DNA of 64,000 bases from Coriobacteriales bacterium (GCA_017515595.1 JAFWFL010000080.1:1200-65199), one strand, 5' to 3'; counted from the stretch's first letter, positions 1 through 11,818 are shown. The notes: generated from the letters alone by a model not told the origin. Program-made: numbers and translations.

Positions 1-29
1 CTCTATGTGTAGCGCAGAATTAGTGTTAT

Positions 30-1538
30 TTATGCATTGAGATCAACATAATTGTCAACAATATCTGTTCCAATGCCGTACTCATCCACAAAATACCACG
101 CCAATGTACCTGTATGAGAGTCCTCGGGACCAAGGTTAATTATGTTGTACAAATGGATATGTATAAGACCGTCAGAGCCATAACCGTACTCTACATATTG
201 CGGTGTAACGCCGTAATGGTTCCAATAATAGGCAACTGCAAGGTCAGCCAGCTCGTCTGCTGAATATGCCTGTTTTTGGCCGGCATCTATGTAAGCATAA
301 TCCTCACCGGGAACCAAATCAGAGGGCACGCTTTCGCCGCCGTTGTCGCCCGTGAACGAATGTTCATTGTAGTCTACCAAAAGCTCGTCAAAATGCCACT
401 CGGGCTCGGTCCCGGCAGGGTTTGGAGCTGCAAATACCGTGTAAGAAGCTACCGGAACATAACCGCCGTACTGGCCTGCGCCTGAGTCATACTGCCTGAC
501 TTCGCCGGTAAACACAAGACGGCCTCTCTCGATTCCTTTAAGGGTTGCCCCGCCAAAAATAATGTTTCCGGCATCGCCAAAATCACCGTACGAGTTGACT
601 TCATAGACACCGTTAGAATAAGACAATGCTATGCTTTGTGCGAAATCATTGATAACAGCAGGGTCTGCCTCACCAAACAGGCTTATGCACAGGGACTCGA
701 GATTCTGGGCAGTTATGGTATGAGGATCAGTTAATGTACCGGGCAGAATACGCATGTCGTTCTTGGCATTATGATAAATGTATTCATAAATAAGTAACGC
801 TTTGGTATGCGCGTTTACCTTATCCATGCGCAAATCAATGGCATAGAGATCGCGCCAGCCAACCTCCCACCTATAGAGATAGTTTGCCATGGTGCTTATG
901 CGCTTGGTAAGAGTATCGGGAACAACAATTGAGCGGTCGCCGTCTTTTACTACTTCAGACGTGGTAAAGTGGAGCTCTGAAATGCAGGTATCATCACACA
1001 GGGAACCGGGACGCACCGAGTTTATGGTTATACGAACCGCTCCGTCGCTTACTAAAGGCTCGTCAAAAACAAAGGTAAAACCCTGGTATCCGTTTGCATC
1101 CACATAGGTATAGCTGCCTGAAGTTACAAACGTTGGGGCAATTTGCGGAATGTCAAAAGTACGGGACTTACCCGCGGCTGTTACCGTAATGCGTGTAGGT
1201 GCGCCGTTTGCATCAAAAAGATAGGCGCTCTTCCAGTATCCGGCCTTGATGGTTCCACCGGTAATAAGCGTCCCGCTGGGATAGAAATAATCAAAATATT
1301 CGCCTTCGCCGTTACCGGGAACACCTTCTACCCATGCGGTTGTATTGTCATTATCAATAATGTTCTCTATTTGATACGAGGCAATACTGTCTGCGGGCAG
1401 CGTTGAACTCGCAGCCACACCGGTAGGATCAGCCGCAAATGCACTTGTCGCACCCATAAACAATGCTGCTCCCAAAAGAGCCGAGAGCGCCGCGCACATT
1501 GCTCTTCTGCTGCCTTTGAATATAGTTTTCTTCATCAT
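30..1538 (-). CDS. Secreted hypothetical protein with a signal peptide and a discoidin/galactose-binding-like N-terminal module
   Basis: 502-aa ORF. The N-terminus MMKKTIFKGSRRAMCAALSALLGAALFMGATSAFA/ADP reads as a Sec signal peptide. The following ~130 aa (YQIENIIDNDNTTAWVEG..GEGEYFDYFYP) resemble a jelly-roll binding module. The rest is unrecognised. Confidence 0.55.
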   Translation of the reverse strand: MMKKTIFKGSRRAMCAALSALLGAALFMGATSAFAADPTGVAASSTLPADSIASYQIENIIDNDNTTAWVEGVPGNGEGEYFDYFYPSGTLITGGTIKAGYWKSAYLFDANGAPTRITVTAAGKSRTFDIPQIAPTFVTSGSYTYVDANGYQGFTFVFDEPLVSDGAVRITINSVRPGSLCDDTCISELHFTTSEVVKDGDRSIVVPDTLTKRISTMANYLYRWEVGWRDLYAIDLRMDKVNAHTKALLIYEYIYHNAKNDMRILPGTLTDPHTITAQNLESLCISLFGEADPAVINDFAQSIALSYSNGVYEVNSYGDFGDAGNIIFGGATLKGIERGRLVFTGEVRQYDSGAGQYGGYVPVASYTVFAAPNPAGTEPEWHFDELLVDYNEHSFTGDNGGESVPSDLVPGEDYAYIDAGQKQAYSADELADLAVAYYWNHYGVTPQYVEYGYGSDGLIHIHLYNIINLGPEDSHTGTLAWYFVDEYGIGTDIVDNYVDLNA

Positions 1539-1578
1539 GCTAACCTCCTTTTGCGGTCCTCACATCATCAAATACTTG

Positions 1579-2856
1579 TTAGTCTACCATGCGAATAACC
1601 GCCGACGTGCCCATGAGAAGGCCATCCTGACAGGTAAGGCTGTTAAGCGCTGCCTCAAGGGTCTTATATGCCGCAGGCTCGGTAAACATCACGTAATGTA
1701 TAATTCCGGACGCCTGGTCATGGTATGCGCAAGGCGCTTCTTTAAGCACAAAACCAGCCTTCTTTGCAAATACCTGCACATCAAAAGCTGCTGAGAGGCT
1801 CACAGGGAGACGCAGATAGTAGCTAAACTCCGCGTCTTTTTGTGATACAAAGGCTGCACGCTTGCTCCACGGCTTGCCAAGACGCACACCGCCACCGCAT
1901 TCAATATTGCGGGCAATTTCAATAACATCGCTTATAACCGCGCTTGCAGTTGGGTGACTGCCGGCGCCGGCGCCGTAATACATAGTTTCGCCCACAAAGT
2001 CGCCCACTACATAGATGGCGTTCATAACACCCTTAACCTGTGACAACGGGTGCTCGGCAGGGAGCATTGACGGATGTACGCGCACGTCAACTCCGTCTTT
2101 GGTGTTGTTACCAATAGCAAGCAGCTTGATACAGCAGCCCCGCTCTTTGGCAATCTTCAGGTCAATGGCATCAAGGGTACGGATTCCCTGCGTAGCAACG
2201 TCATCAATGGTTACCAGACTCTTGTAGGCAATCGAAGAAAGAATTGCGATCTTTGCGGCCGCATCAAGACCGTCAACATCAGCCGTGGGATCAGCCTCCG
2301 CATAACCTTTGCTCTGTGCCTCAGCAAGTGCTTCTGCGTACGAGAAACCCTCATCCATGCGGGTAAGCATGTAGTTGGTAGTACCGTTGACGATACCCAT
2401 GATGCTTATAATGCTGTTAGCGGTAAGCGAGTGCATAAGCGGCCGGATGATAGGAATTCCTCCGCCTACACTTGCTTCAAAAGCAACTTCGAGTCCGAAC
2501 TCATTGGCTCGCGTCAGAATCTCATCACCCGCACGGGCCAAGAGCGCCTTGTTGGCGGTTACCACGTGCTTACCCGCCTCGAGTGCTTCGCAGATTATGC
2601 TTTTGGCAATTGTGGTCCCGCCAATAAGCTCAATAATAATCTGAATCTCGGGATCATTAATGAGGTCATGATAATCAAGGGTAAAAATATCGCTCACATG
2701 ATGCGCTTCTGCTTGCTCGGGAATCAGTGAGCACACACGCGCCAATTCGAGATCAAGCCCAAGGTCACGGGCAAAGTCATCGTGATGTGTCTGCAAAACG
2801 TCAATGCAACCGCCGCCAACGGTTCCTGTTCCAACCAAACCAATCTTTATTGACAT
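1579..2856 (-). CDS. hom: Homoserine dehydrogenase
   Basis: 425 aa. N-terminal Rossmann motif IGLVGTGTVGGG. Central NGTTNYMLT and GYAEADPTADVDGLDAAAKIAIL motifs typical of Hom. ACT-like C-terminal tail. Confidence 0.9.
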   Translation of the reverse strand: MSIKIGLVGTGTVGGGCIDVLQTHHDDFARDLGLDLELARVCSLIPEQAEAHHVSDIFTLDYHDLINDPEIQIIIELIGGTTIAKSIICEALEAGKHVVTANKALLARAGDEILTRANEFGLEVAFEASVGGGIPIIRPLMHSLTANSIISIMGIVNGTTNYMLTRMDEGFSYAEALAEAQSKGYAEADPTADVDGLDAAAKIAILSSIAYKSLVTIDDVATQGIRTLDAIDLKIAKERGCCIKLLAIGNNTKDGVDVRVHPSMLPAEHPLSQVKGVMNAIYVVGDFVGETMYYGAGAGSHPTASAVISDVIEIARNIECGGGVRLGKPWSKRAAFVSQKDAEFSYYLRLPVSLSAAFDVQVFAKKAGFVLKEAPCAYHDQASGIIHYVMFTEPAAYKTLEAALNSLTCQDGLLMGTSAVIRMVD

Positions 2857-2915
2857 ACCAATCCTCTCTTTAGAAACCTTATATCAGCAGATGTCACACA
2901 AACAGTCAGATTTTA

Positions 2916-3533
2916 CTACAAGATGAGCTCATAGCCAATGCGCTCCTTGGTAGGCTCTTCTTTTAGTGTTATCAAGAGCTCGCAGCAACGGGTAAACCCG
3001 GCCTTCTCGAGCACATGTTGCATGGGAAGATTACCGGCATGGGTATCTACGCGTACACTCATAAAACCGTCCTGTGCACTCATGTGCTTTGCGGCTTCAA
3101 CCATCATTGATGCAATACCCTTCCGGCGGGCTTCATTGGCAACCGCAACACGATGAATACAGCTGTATGTTGGAACTCCTGCTTTGAGTGTATTGGGAGA
3201 AGAAGTAAGCCAGGCGCCGCTTGTAATGTTGTCATAGTCTGCTTCTCCGCCTCCGCAAACCGCCATGCACCCCAAAACATGAGCAGGCTCCCGGGCGTCA
3301 ACCGCAACCCAGGTCCAGCCCTGGGAAATATCGTTGATAAGTGTGTCCTTACGCGGAGTCCCGCCCTGCCATTGGTCTATGCCCAAAGCCCCCAATGCTG
3401 CCCTGGCTTCATCTGTTACCCGAATCAGCTCATCGAGATCCTGCGGCTTTGCCTGCCTTAGCATTATGTCTGATACATTGTCCATGTAACCAGGCCTTTC
3501 TCCCCAATCGTCCGCTCTCAAACGCATGCCCAC
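2916..3533 (-). CDS. GNAT family N-acetyltransferase
   Basis: 205-aa ORF with an acetyl-CoA binding-type segment (HRVAVANEARRKGIASMMV). The real start may be the ATG at 3485 (MDNVSD..), which is preceded by GGGGAGAAAGG. Confidence 0.75.
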   Translation of the reverse strand: MGMRLRADDWGERPGYMDNVSDIMLRQAKPQDLDELIRVTDEARAALGALGIDQWQGGTPRKDTLINDISQGWTWVAVDAREPAHVLGCMAVCGGGEADYDNITSGAWLTSSPNTLKAGVPTYSCIHRVAVANEARRKGIASMMVEAAKHMSAQDGFMSVRVDTHAGNLPMQHVLEKAGFTRCCELLITLKEEPTKERIGYELIL

Positions 3534-3663
3534 AAGACAGTCTCTCTACAACAAAAAGAACAGCTCCGGGTTAATCAATACCGGTATTTCTTTCAGGAGT
3601 ATTATCAGCTATCACTCATGTATGTTCTGTCTGGTCTCACTGAGCACATAGAGCATCCATACC

Positions 3664-3708
3664 TTTTCGAGCCTGACAAAAGGTGTGTCCTTTTGTCAGG
3701 CTCGAAAA
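3664..3708. repeat. Palindromic repeat copy 1 (core CCTGACAAAAGG-TGTGT-CCTTTTGTCAGG, arms extended to 20 bp)
   Basis: Perfect 20-bp inverted arms at 3664-3683 and 3689-3708 around a 5-nt loop. The copy lies about 80 nt downstream of the cysK stop. The same 12-bp-arm core recurs at 39901, 39940 and 53984. Confidence 0.85.
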
Positions 3709-3789
3709 CAAAAAGGAAGCCGGCTCTTTTTGGGAGAGCAAGCCGGCTTCTGCTGGAAAGCAAAAGAATACAGGGAGGAGAGAGTCCTG

Positions 3790-4725
3790 TTATTCTTCTG
3801 CAAAGAGTGGGGTCGAAAGATAACGGTCACCGGTATCAGGAAGCAGCACCACAATGGTTTTGCCCTTGTTCTCGGGGCGTTTTGCGAGCTCAATAGCAGC
3901 CCATGCGGCTGCGCCTGAGGATATGCCTACCAGAACGCCCTCTTTGTGACCAATAAGCTTACCGGTTGCAAATGCGTCCTCGTTAGCCACGGGAATAATC
4001 TCGTCATAAATACCGGTATTCAAAACATCAGGCACAAATCCTGCACCAATACCTTGGATCTTATGCGCTCCCGCTGCGCAGCCTGAAAGCACTGCAGAGC
4101 TTGCCGGCTCTACGGCGACAACCTTTACCTCGGGTTTGCGTGACTTGAGATACTCGCCTACGCCGGTAATGGTTCCGCCTGTACCGACACCGGCTACAAA
4201 GATGTCTACTTCGCCGTCGGTATCGGCATAAATCTCGGGACCTGTTGCCTCAAAATGCGCCTTGGGGTTTGCGGGGTTTACAAACTGGCCGGGAATAAAG
4301 CTGTTGGGGATCTGTGCCGCAAGCTCCTCGGCTTTTGCGATAGCGCCTTTCATGCCCTTCGAGCCTTCTGTAAGCACAAGCTCCGCGCCGTATGCCTTCA
4401 TAATCTGGCGGCGCTCAACACTCATGGTCTCAGGCATGGTAATAATAAGGCGGTACCCCTTTGCAGCGGCAACCGCAGCAAGACCAATACCGGTATTTCC
4501 CGATGTGGGCTCAATGAGAACTGAGCCGGGAACAAGTATCCCTTTTGCTTCTGCATCCTCAATCATAGCCTTGGCAATACGGTCTTTAACCGAACCGGCA
4601 GGGTTAAAGTATTCCAGTTTAGCAACAACCTTGGCCTCAAGGCCGAGTTCTTTTTCTATATGAGTCAGCTCAAGCAATGGAGTTTTGCCTATCAGCTGGT
4701 CTGCAGCAGTATAAATCTGTGCCAT
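3790..4725 (-). CDS. cysK: Cysteine synthase A (O-acetylserine sulfhydrylase)
   Basis: 311 aa. [20 protein letters not shown], the PLP-lysine context NPAGSVKDR, and the TSGNTG and [10 protein letters not shown] loops are all canonical CysK/CysM motifs. SD GAAGGAGAG lies upstream. Confidence 0.92.
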   Translation of the reverse strand: MAQIYTAADQLIGKTPLLELTHIEKELGLEAKVVAKLEYFNPAGSVKDRIAKAMIEDAEAKGILVPGSVLIEPTSGNTGIGLAAVAAAKGYRLIITMPETMSVERRQIMKAYGAELVLTEGSKGMKGAIAKAEELAAQIPNSFIPGQFVNPANPKAHFEATGPEIYADTDGEVDIFVAGVGTGGTITGVGEYLKSRKPEVKVVAVEPASSAVLSGCAAGAHKIQGIGAGFVPDVLNTGIYDEIIPVANEDAFATGKLIGHKEGVLVGISSGAAAWAAIELAKRPENKGKTIVVLLPDTGDRYLSTPLFAEE

Positions 4726-4807
4726 AAAGTTCTCTCCTTCTCATGAATATCATATCGAGCAAACAACACGTGTTATGGCGCCAACTGTTGTTGACCGTAA
4801 AATAGTC

Positions 4808-4838
4808 TTATATTCCTATAGTGTCAATAGGAATATAA
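4808..4838. promoter_or_regulatory. Perfect 12-bp inverted repeat TTATATTCCTAT-N7-ATAGGAATATAA upstream of cysK (candidate operator)
   Basis: Arms at 4808-4819 and 4827-4838 are exact reverse complements. The site sits 83-113 nt upstream of the cysK start codon (4725) and about 60 nt downstream of the murA stop. Confidence 0.4.
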
Positions 4839-4899
4839 AAGATAACAGAACAAAATACCGACTACGGGTTATCGTTTTTTCTCAAGTGCGGTGCATCTG

Positions 4900-6171
4900 C
4901 TAATCAGGCATATCTATGTGTGCCATAACGGCGCCTATAGCGTTGAACTTCTCAACAAAGGCTTCGTAGCCGCGTTTGATGTGGAAGGTATCCGAGACAA
5001 GCGTGTAACCCTCTGCAATAAGGCCCGCGAGAACAAGAGCTGCTCCTCCGCGGAGATCAGGAGATTTAACGCGGGCGCCCATAAGTTTGACCGGACCTTT
5101 AACAAGAGCATGACGGTCTTCTACACGAATCTCAGCACCCATGCGAATAAGATCCGCTACAAGCATAAAGCGGTTTTCAAAGACATTTTCGGTAATAAAA
5201 CTCGAACCGTTTGCCTGGGTTGCCAAAACCATAAACTGTGCCTGCATGTCGGTTGGGAAACCGGGGAAGGGCAATGTTTGAATATCAGCCGGAACAAGGG
5301 TTTTCTCGGGCGCGCAAACAGTAACACGGTTTTCACCGCGTTCAACACGTATGCCCATGTATTCCATTTTACGCAGCGGGATATCAAGATGCACCGGATT
5401 AAAACCCTCTACCGTAAGCTCATCTGCCGATAACGCTCCGGCTACCAAAAACGTTCCCGCTTCTATGCGGTCGCCAACGGTTGTATGATCGCAGGCATGG
5501 AGCTCGTCTACGCCGTGAATCTCTACTACGTGAGAACCGGCATCGCGTACATCAGCGCCCATTTTGTTGAGCATGTTTGCCAAATCAACAATCTCGGGTT
5601 CGCGGGCAGCGTTTTCTATAATGGTTGTGCCTTTGGCAGTGATAGCACCCATCATAATATTCTCGGTCGCACCTACGCTCGGGAAATCGAGCGTTACCAG
5701 CGCGCCTTTGAGACCGCTTGAGGCATCGGCAACAATGTCGCCGTGGTCATTATCAAAATGAACACCAAGCATTTTTAAGCCCGCGAGATGCTGGTCAATG
5801 GAGCGGGCTCCAATGTTGCAGCCTCCCGGCATTGCTACAACCGCATGCTTAAAACGGGTAATAAGCGGACCGAGAATAGAAATGCTCGCACGCATTTTTG
5901 ATACGAGTTCATAAGGAGTAACCCATTTATCTGCTGCAGAAGTATCTATAGTAAGCCGGTGCTGTGTCTCATCATAATCAACAGAAGCGCCGAGCATAGT
6001 GAGCACCTGACCCATAAGCCCAACATCAGAGATATTTGGCACGTTTGAAAGGTGATACACACCCGGAGCCATCATGGTTGCAGCCATAAGCTTGAGAGCC
6101 GAGTTTTTAGCACCCCCAACATGAACGGTTCCATGTAATTTGTGGCCGCCTTCAACTCTTATGACGTCCAT
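4900..6171 (-). CDS. murA: UDP-N-acetylglucosamine 1-carboxyvinyltransferase
   Basis: 423 aa. [32 protein letters not shown]-terminus. Active-site Cys context [23 protein letters not shown]. Confidence 0.95.
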   Translation of the reverse strand: MDVIRVEGGHKLHGTVHVGGAKNSALKLMAATMMAPGVYHLSNVPNISDVGLMGQVLTMLGASVDYDETQHRLTIDTSAADKWVTPYELVSKMRASISILGPLITRFKHAVVAMPGGCNIGARSIDQHLAGLKMLGVHFDNDHGDIVADASSGLKGALVTLDFPSVGATENIMMGAITAKGTTIIENAAREPEIVDLANMLNKMGADVRDAGSHVVEIHGVDELHACDHTTVGDRIEAGTFLVAGALSADELTVEGFNPVHLDIPLRKMEYMGIRVERGENRVTVCAPEKTLVPADIQTLPFPGFPTDMQAQFMVLATQANGSSFITENVFENRFMLVADLIRMGAEIRVEDRHALVKGPVKLMGARVKSPDLRGGAALVLAGLIAEGYTLVSDTFHIKRGYEAFVEKFNAIGAVMAHIDMPD

Positions 6172-6198
6172 GGGTACCTCCTAAAGCTTCTCTTGCAA

Positions 6199-6234
6199 TA
6201 AAAAAACCGGGCGCTTTGAATGAGCGCCCGGTTT
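6199..6234 (-). terminator. Rho-independent terminator after atpC
   Basis: Minus-strand stem CCGGGCGCT/AGCGCCCGG (6207-6215 / 6223-6231) followed by a run of 8 U (plus-strand A-run 6199-6206). It lies 30 nt after the atpC stop. Confidence 0.8.
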
Positions 6235-6264
6235 ACGTGTCATGGGCTTCTCGATACTTACAGC

Positions 6265-6681
6265 TTAGCCCTTAACGGTATTCAGCTGAAGATCAAACCA
6301 AGCCTTTTGCTCTTTGTAATATGCGGCTGAGCTATCATCTGCTGCAAGCTTCGCAATAATATCCTCGACTTTGGCGAGTTCTTCGCGAGCCTTGGCAACA
6401 TCAATTTCAGAAATGTCCAGGGCATCATTGGCAAGAACAATAACCCTTTCACCATCAATCTGGGCATAACCGCCCGAGACAATATACTCAACCTTGCCGG
6501 TCTTTGCTGCATCCGCAGGTGTAATGCTCACTACACCGGGCTGCAGGGCAGAGACCAGCGGTTCGTGCATCTGCATAACACCAAATGAGCCCAGCTCTCC
6601 CGGAAGGCGCACGAGTGTGGCCGCATCAGAATAGATGGTCTTAACCGGTGTTACGATGTCGCAGCTCATTGTCTCTGCCAT
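6265..6681 (-). CDS. atpC: F1 ATP synthase epsilon subunit
   Basis: 138 aa. Last gene of the atp operon. Sequence (IVTPVKTIYS..VSGGYAQIDGERVIVLA) fits the epsilon beta-sandwich plus helical tail. Confidence 0.9.
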   Translation of the reverse strand: MAETMSCDIVTPVKTIYSDAATLVRLPGELGSFGVMQMHEPLVSALQPGVVSITPADAAKTGKVEYIVSGGYAQIDGERVIVLANDALDISEIDVAKAREELAKVEDIIAKLAADDSSAAYYKEQKAWFDLQLNTVKG

Positions 6682-6711
6682 ACGTTGCTACCTCAATCCT
6701 TATACTCGCGC

Positions 6712-8133
<1,422 letters not shown>

Positions 8134-9030
8134 CTACTCTTCTTTCTTTTGAGCCGCGGCGCCGGCAACGATCTCGTTGAGCTCGGTGGTAATGGCGCCC
8201 TGGCGTGCGCGGTTATACTGGCGCTGCAGGGTGTTGGAAATCTCTGTCGCGTTGTCTGTAGCAGACTTCATTGCCTTACGACGGGCGCCTTGCTCGCCTG
8301 CTGCCGAGTCTATGAGTCCATGATAAACCATGGTCTCTACATAGGCCGGTAACAGCTTGTTAAGCACGGCAGCCTCGTCAGGCTCAAAGTCAAATGATGC
8401 CACGGCTTTTGCCTCAGCCTCGGCTGCATCAGCAGCTTCTTCTTTGGCAATTTCTACCGGCAAAATCTGCTCTGTACGCAAATCCTGGTCTGCGGCATTA
8501 CGCGCATGGTTGTACCACAGGATAACTTCATCGACCTTGCCCTGCTCATAGAGGTCGCGCACGTAAGAAGCAATACGGCTCGCCTGGTCAAACGTCGGGT
8601 CAGCCGAAAGCCCTGCAAATTGCATGTCGGGGGTGACACCACGGTATGCAAAGTACCCAATGGCCTTCTTGCCACACAAGATATAGCTTGTTTGGATGCC
8701 CTCTGCTGCATATGCCTTTGCCTTCTTCTCAGCTGCACGAAGCACCTGCTGGTTAAAGGCACCTGCAAGTCCACGGTCAGAAGCAATTACAATAAAGATT
8801 GCGTTCTTCTTCTCTGTGTGGTTTGCAAGCAGAGGATGGGAATCCCCGCTGGCTTTGCCCGCAAGGTTACCCAGCATTTCAAGCATGGCCTGTGAGTACG
8901 GAGTCGCCGCCACGACACGATCAGTCGCCTTTCGGATCTTTGCGGTAGCTACCATTTCCATGGTACGCGTGATCTGCTTTGTGCTCTTGACCGAATTTAT
9001 GCGCTTCTTGATGTCGCGGAGGTTGGCCAT
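8134..9030 (-). CDS. atpG: F1 ATP synthase gamma subunit
   Basis: 298 aa. MANLRDIKKRINSVKSTKQITRTMEMVATAKIRKA is the canonical gamma N-terminus. Confidence 0.95.
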   Translation of the reverse strand: MANLRDIKKRINSVKSTKQITRTMEMVATAKIRKATDRVVAATPYSQAMLEMLGNLAGKASGDSHPLLANHTEKKNAIFIVIASDRGLAGAFNQQVLRAAEKKAKAYAAEGIQTSYILCGKKAIGYFAYRGVTPDMQFAGLSADPTFDQASRIASYVRDLYEQGKVDEVILWYNHARNAADQDLRTEQILPVEIAKEEAADAAEAEAKAVASFDFEPDEAAVLNKLLPAYVETMVYHGLIDSAAGEQGARRKAMKSATDNATEISNTLQRQYNRARQGAITTELNEIVAGAAAQKKEE

Positions 9031-9032
9031 GG

Positions 9033-10604
9033 TTACACCTGGCTCTCGGCAACAAACTGCTCGTGATACGCAGCAATAGCCTCGCTCATCTTAGCGGCAA
9101 GCTCGTCAGAAACCTTGCCGGCCTTGATTTGAGCGTTAAACTCGGGATGCGTTGCACGAATGTGCTCAAGGAGTCCTGTGCGGAACGGCACAACCTGCTC
9201 AAGGGGCAGATCATCAAGATAACCCTTGACGCCTGCGAAAATCGCGACAACCTGGTCTGCAACGTCCATAGGCATGTAACGACCCTGTTTGAGAAGCTCG
9301 AGCATGTGCGAACCACGGGTAAGTGCATCCTGGGTTGCCTTGTCGAGGTCGCTGCCAAACTGGGTGAATGCCTGGAGCTCACGGTATGAAGCAAGGTCAA
9401 GACGCAGGTTACCTGCGAACTGCTTCATAGCCTTAATCTGAGCCGAACCACCTACGCGAGATACCGAGAGACCTACGTCTACAGCGGGGCGCTGGCCCTG
9501 GAAGAACATGTCGGTCTGAAGGAAGATCTGGCCGTCGGTAATGGAAATTACGTTGGTAGGAATGTAAGCCGAGATGTCGCCTGCCTGCGTCTCAATAACG
9601 GGAAGAGCGGTAAGTGAACCGCTGCCGTTTGCCTCATTGAGCTTAACAGCGCGCTCGAGAAGACGTGAGTGCAGGTAGAAAATGTCGCCGGGGTAAGCCT
9701 CGCGTCCCGGGGGACGGTCGAGGGTCAGTGACATCTGACGGTATGCAACGGCCTGCTTTGAAAGGTCGTCGTATACGCAAAGTACATGGCCGCCGTGGTT
9801 CTCTGCATTGGCAGGCTTGCCGTCCTTGCCGTTGTACATAAAGTACTCGCCAATTGCGGCGCCGGCCATAGGAGCGATGAACTGCATAGGAGCAGCATCA
9901 GAAGCAGCAGCCGAAACAATAACGGTGTAATCGAGAGCGCCATACTTTTGCAGGGTCTCACGAATTGCCGCAACCGTAGAAGCCTTCTGACCAATGGCAA
10001 CGTATACACAAATCATGTTCTCGTTCTTTTGGTTAATGATTGTGTCGATGCCAATTGCGGTCTTACCCGTCTTACGGTCGCCAATGATGAGCTCACGCTG
10101 GCCGCGTCCAATGGGGATCATGGCGTCAATAGCCATCAAACCGGTTTGTACGGGTTCGCATACAGGGGTACGGCTCATAACGCCGGGTGCCTTGAACTCA
10201 ATGGGACGTGCGCCTTCATACTCGATGGGTCCCAGACCATCGATAGGCTCACCAAGTGGGTTAACTACGCGTCCAAGCATCCCACGTCCAACGGGGATCT
10301 CAAGAATACGACCGGTAGTGTGGACCTCGTCGTTCTCCTTGATAACAGATACATCGCCGAGAAGTACGGCGCCTACCTCTTCTTCCTCAAGGTTTTGTGC
10401 AAGGCCGTATACCTTTTTACCAGTGCTGGCGCTTACAAACTCAAGCAACTCGCCGGCCATAGCGCCACGCAAGCCCTCAATACGGGCAATACCGTCGCCA
10501 ACCTGGATAACACTACCAATCTCACGCGTGTCAACCGTGGTGTTGAGAGCATCAAGCTGCTTCTTAAGAGCAGCCTCGATGTTCTTAGCGGTAATCTCCG
10601 CCAT
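9033..10604 (-). CDS. atpA: F1 ATP synthase alpha subunit
   Basis: 523 aa. Walker A GDRKTGKT and canonical alpha motifs ([16 protein letters not shown]). Confidence 0.97.
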   Translation of the reverse strand: MAEITAKNIEAALKKQLDALNTTVDTREIGSVIQVGDGIARIEGLRGAMAGELLEFVSASTGKKVYGLAQNLEEEEVGAVLLGDVSVIKENDEVHTTGRILEIPVGRGMLGRVVNPLGEPIDGLGPIEYEGARPIEFKAPGVMSRTPVCEPVQTGLMAIDAMIPIGRGQRELIIGDRKTGKTAIGIDTIINQKNENMICVYVAIGQKASTVAAIRETLQKYGALDYTVIVSAAASDAAPMQFIAPMAGAAIGEYFMYNGKDGKPANAENHGGHVLCVYDDLSKQAVAYRQMSLTLDRPPGREAYPGDIFYLHSRLLERAVKLNEANGSGSLTALPVIETQAGDISAYIPTNVISITDGQIFLQTDMFFQGQRPAVDVGLSVSRVGGSAQIKAMKQFAGNLRLDLASYRELQAFTQFGSDLDKATQDALTRGSHMLELLKQGRYMPMDVADQVVAIFAGVKGYLDDLPLEQVVPFRTGLLEHIRATHPEFNAQIKAGKVSDELAAKMSEAIAAYHEQFVAESQV

Positions 10605-11173
10605 TACTTATCACCTCCGGTAGATGCGGTCGAAAGTACCTGGCGTGCATGAGCGAGCTGGGTTTTTACGCTTGCGTCCATGCGCTTGCCGTGTACGTTC
10701 ATAATGATGCCTCCCAGGATCGACTTGTCGACCGTCTCATTGAGACGAACCGAGTGACCCAGGTCAGCCTGAAGTTTCTTACAGATGACGTCGCGCAAAT
10801 GATCATCGAGTTCTACCGCCGTGGTGACGTCAACAACCACGGTATCAAGGGCCTTCTCAGCCTCGAGCTCATAGTTAGATGCAACACGGCCGAGGAGCTT
10901 AAGGTCTCCGCGCTCGGCCATAACGCATGCTACACTCACAACCTCGGGAGAAATATCCTTGAATGCATCCTTAATGAATGCCTTCTTGTTCTCGGCAGGG
11001 ACACCGGTGTCCTCGAGGAACTCGCGCACCTGGACAGACTTGAGTATAGACGTGCGTACCTTTTTGATATTGTCAATATCATCAAATACGCGGTCTGCGC
11101 TCTTCGCAGCCTCGAGGAGGCATGCGGTGTAGGTTGCCACCTGTTGTTTGACCAGTGTGCGATTAGTTGGCAT
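10604..11173 (-). CDS. atpH: F1 ATP synthase delta (OSCP) subunit
   Basis: 189 aa, positioned between atpF and atpA. Its start overlaps the atpF stop by 11 nt. The C-terminal ..[21 protein letters not shown] matches the delta signature. Confidence 0.88.
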   Translation of the reverse strand: MPTNRTLVKQQVATYTACLLEAAKSADRVFDDIDNIKKVRTSILKSVQVREFLEDTGVPAENKKAFIKDAFKDISPEVVSVACVMAERGDLKLLGRVASNYELEAEKALDTVVVDVTTAVELDDHLRDVICKKLQADLGHSVRLNETVDKSILGGIIMNVHGKRMDASVKTQLAHARQVLSTASTGGDK

Positions 11174-11777
11174 TGAGGGTACCTGCTTCCGCTATGTACT
11201 TCTCAATCAACTTGCGCTGGTTCTCATCAGAGAGATCTTCGCCAATGAGACGTCCTGCTACTGAGACTGAGAGGTCTGCAACTGACTTTTGGAGATCTGC
11301 CACTGCAGCAATCTTCTCTTTCTCGATAGTCTTTTTAGCCTTCGCGATCATCTCGTCTGCCTGAACCTGAGCCTGTGCAGTAATGTCTGCCTTTACCTGC
11401 TCACCGGCATGACGAGCCTCATCAACGATGCCCGCTGCTTCGCGGCGTGCATCTGCGATCTGCTGCTTGTACTCCTCAAGAACACGCTGAGCCTCGATCT
11501 TGGCAGCTTCTGCCTCGTCGAGATTGTTCTTGATGGTCTCCTGACGCTTGTCAAGAATACCTACAAACATAGGCCAAGCGAACTTGGCGAGAAGATACCA
11601 GATGATGGCGAACGCAATGAGTGCTGGGATGAACTCCGCTGGCTTAGGTATAAGAATGCTCATACCCGGGCCCGACTCAGCAGCTTCCTCGGCCCATGCG
11701 AGAGCCGGAGTTGCGACAACTGCAGCCGAGGCAAGAAGTGCCGCTGCCTTGGGGCTGACGCCGTTGCGAATGCTCAT
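11163..11777 (-). CDS. atpF: Fo ATP synthase b subunit with a 38-aa signal-peptide-like N-terminal extension
   Basis: 204 aa. Long charged coiled-coil C-terminal part and a single TM (FIPALIAFAIIWYLLAKFAWP). The extra N-terminus is MSIRNGVSPKAAALLASAAVVATPALAWA. A strong SD GGAGGTG sits 5 nt before the ATG at 11777. Confidence 0.88.
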   Translation of the reverse strand: MSIRNGVSPKAAALLASAAVVATPALAWAEEAAESGPGMSILIPKPAEFIPALIAFAIIWYLLAKFAWPMFVGILDKRQETIKNNLDEAEAAKIEAQRVLEEYKQQIADARREAAGIVDEARHAGEQVKADITAQAQVQADEMIAKAKKTIEKEKIAAVADLQKSVADLSVSVAGRLIGEDLSDENQRKLIEKYIAEAGTLNAN

Positions 11778-11818
11778 TGAATCACCTCCATCGAAACTAG
11801 TAGTTTATCTTTTAGCTC

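Noticed and set aside
9786-10652. Long antisense ORFs opposite real genes. Examples are 9786-10652, 9994-10623, 10649-11176, 12573-13187, 13404-14111, 16265-17092, 45247-46074, 49378-49995, 50661-51347, 54757-55401 and 61190-61723.
   Set aside because: Each lies fully inside a confidently identified gene on the other strand. They have no recognisable motifs or SD and show the odd composition (Arg/Cys/His-rich) typical of shadow ORFs in GC-biased coding DNA.
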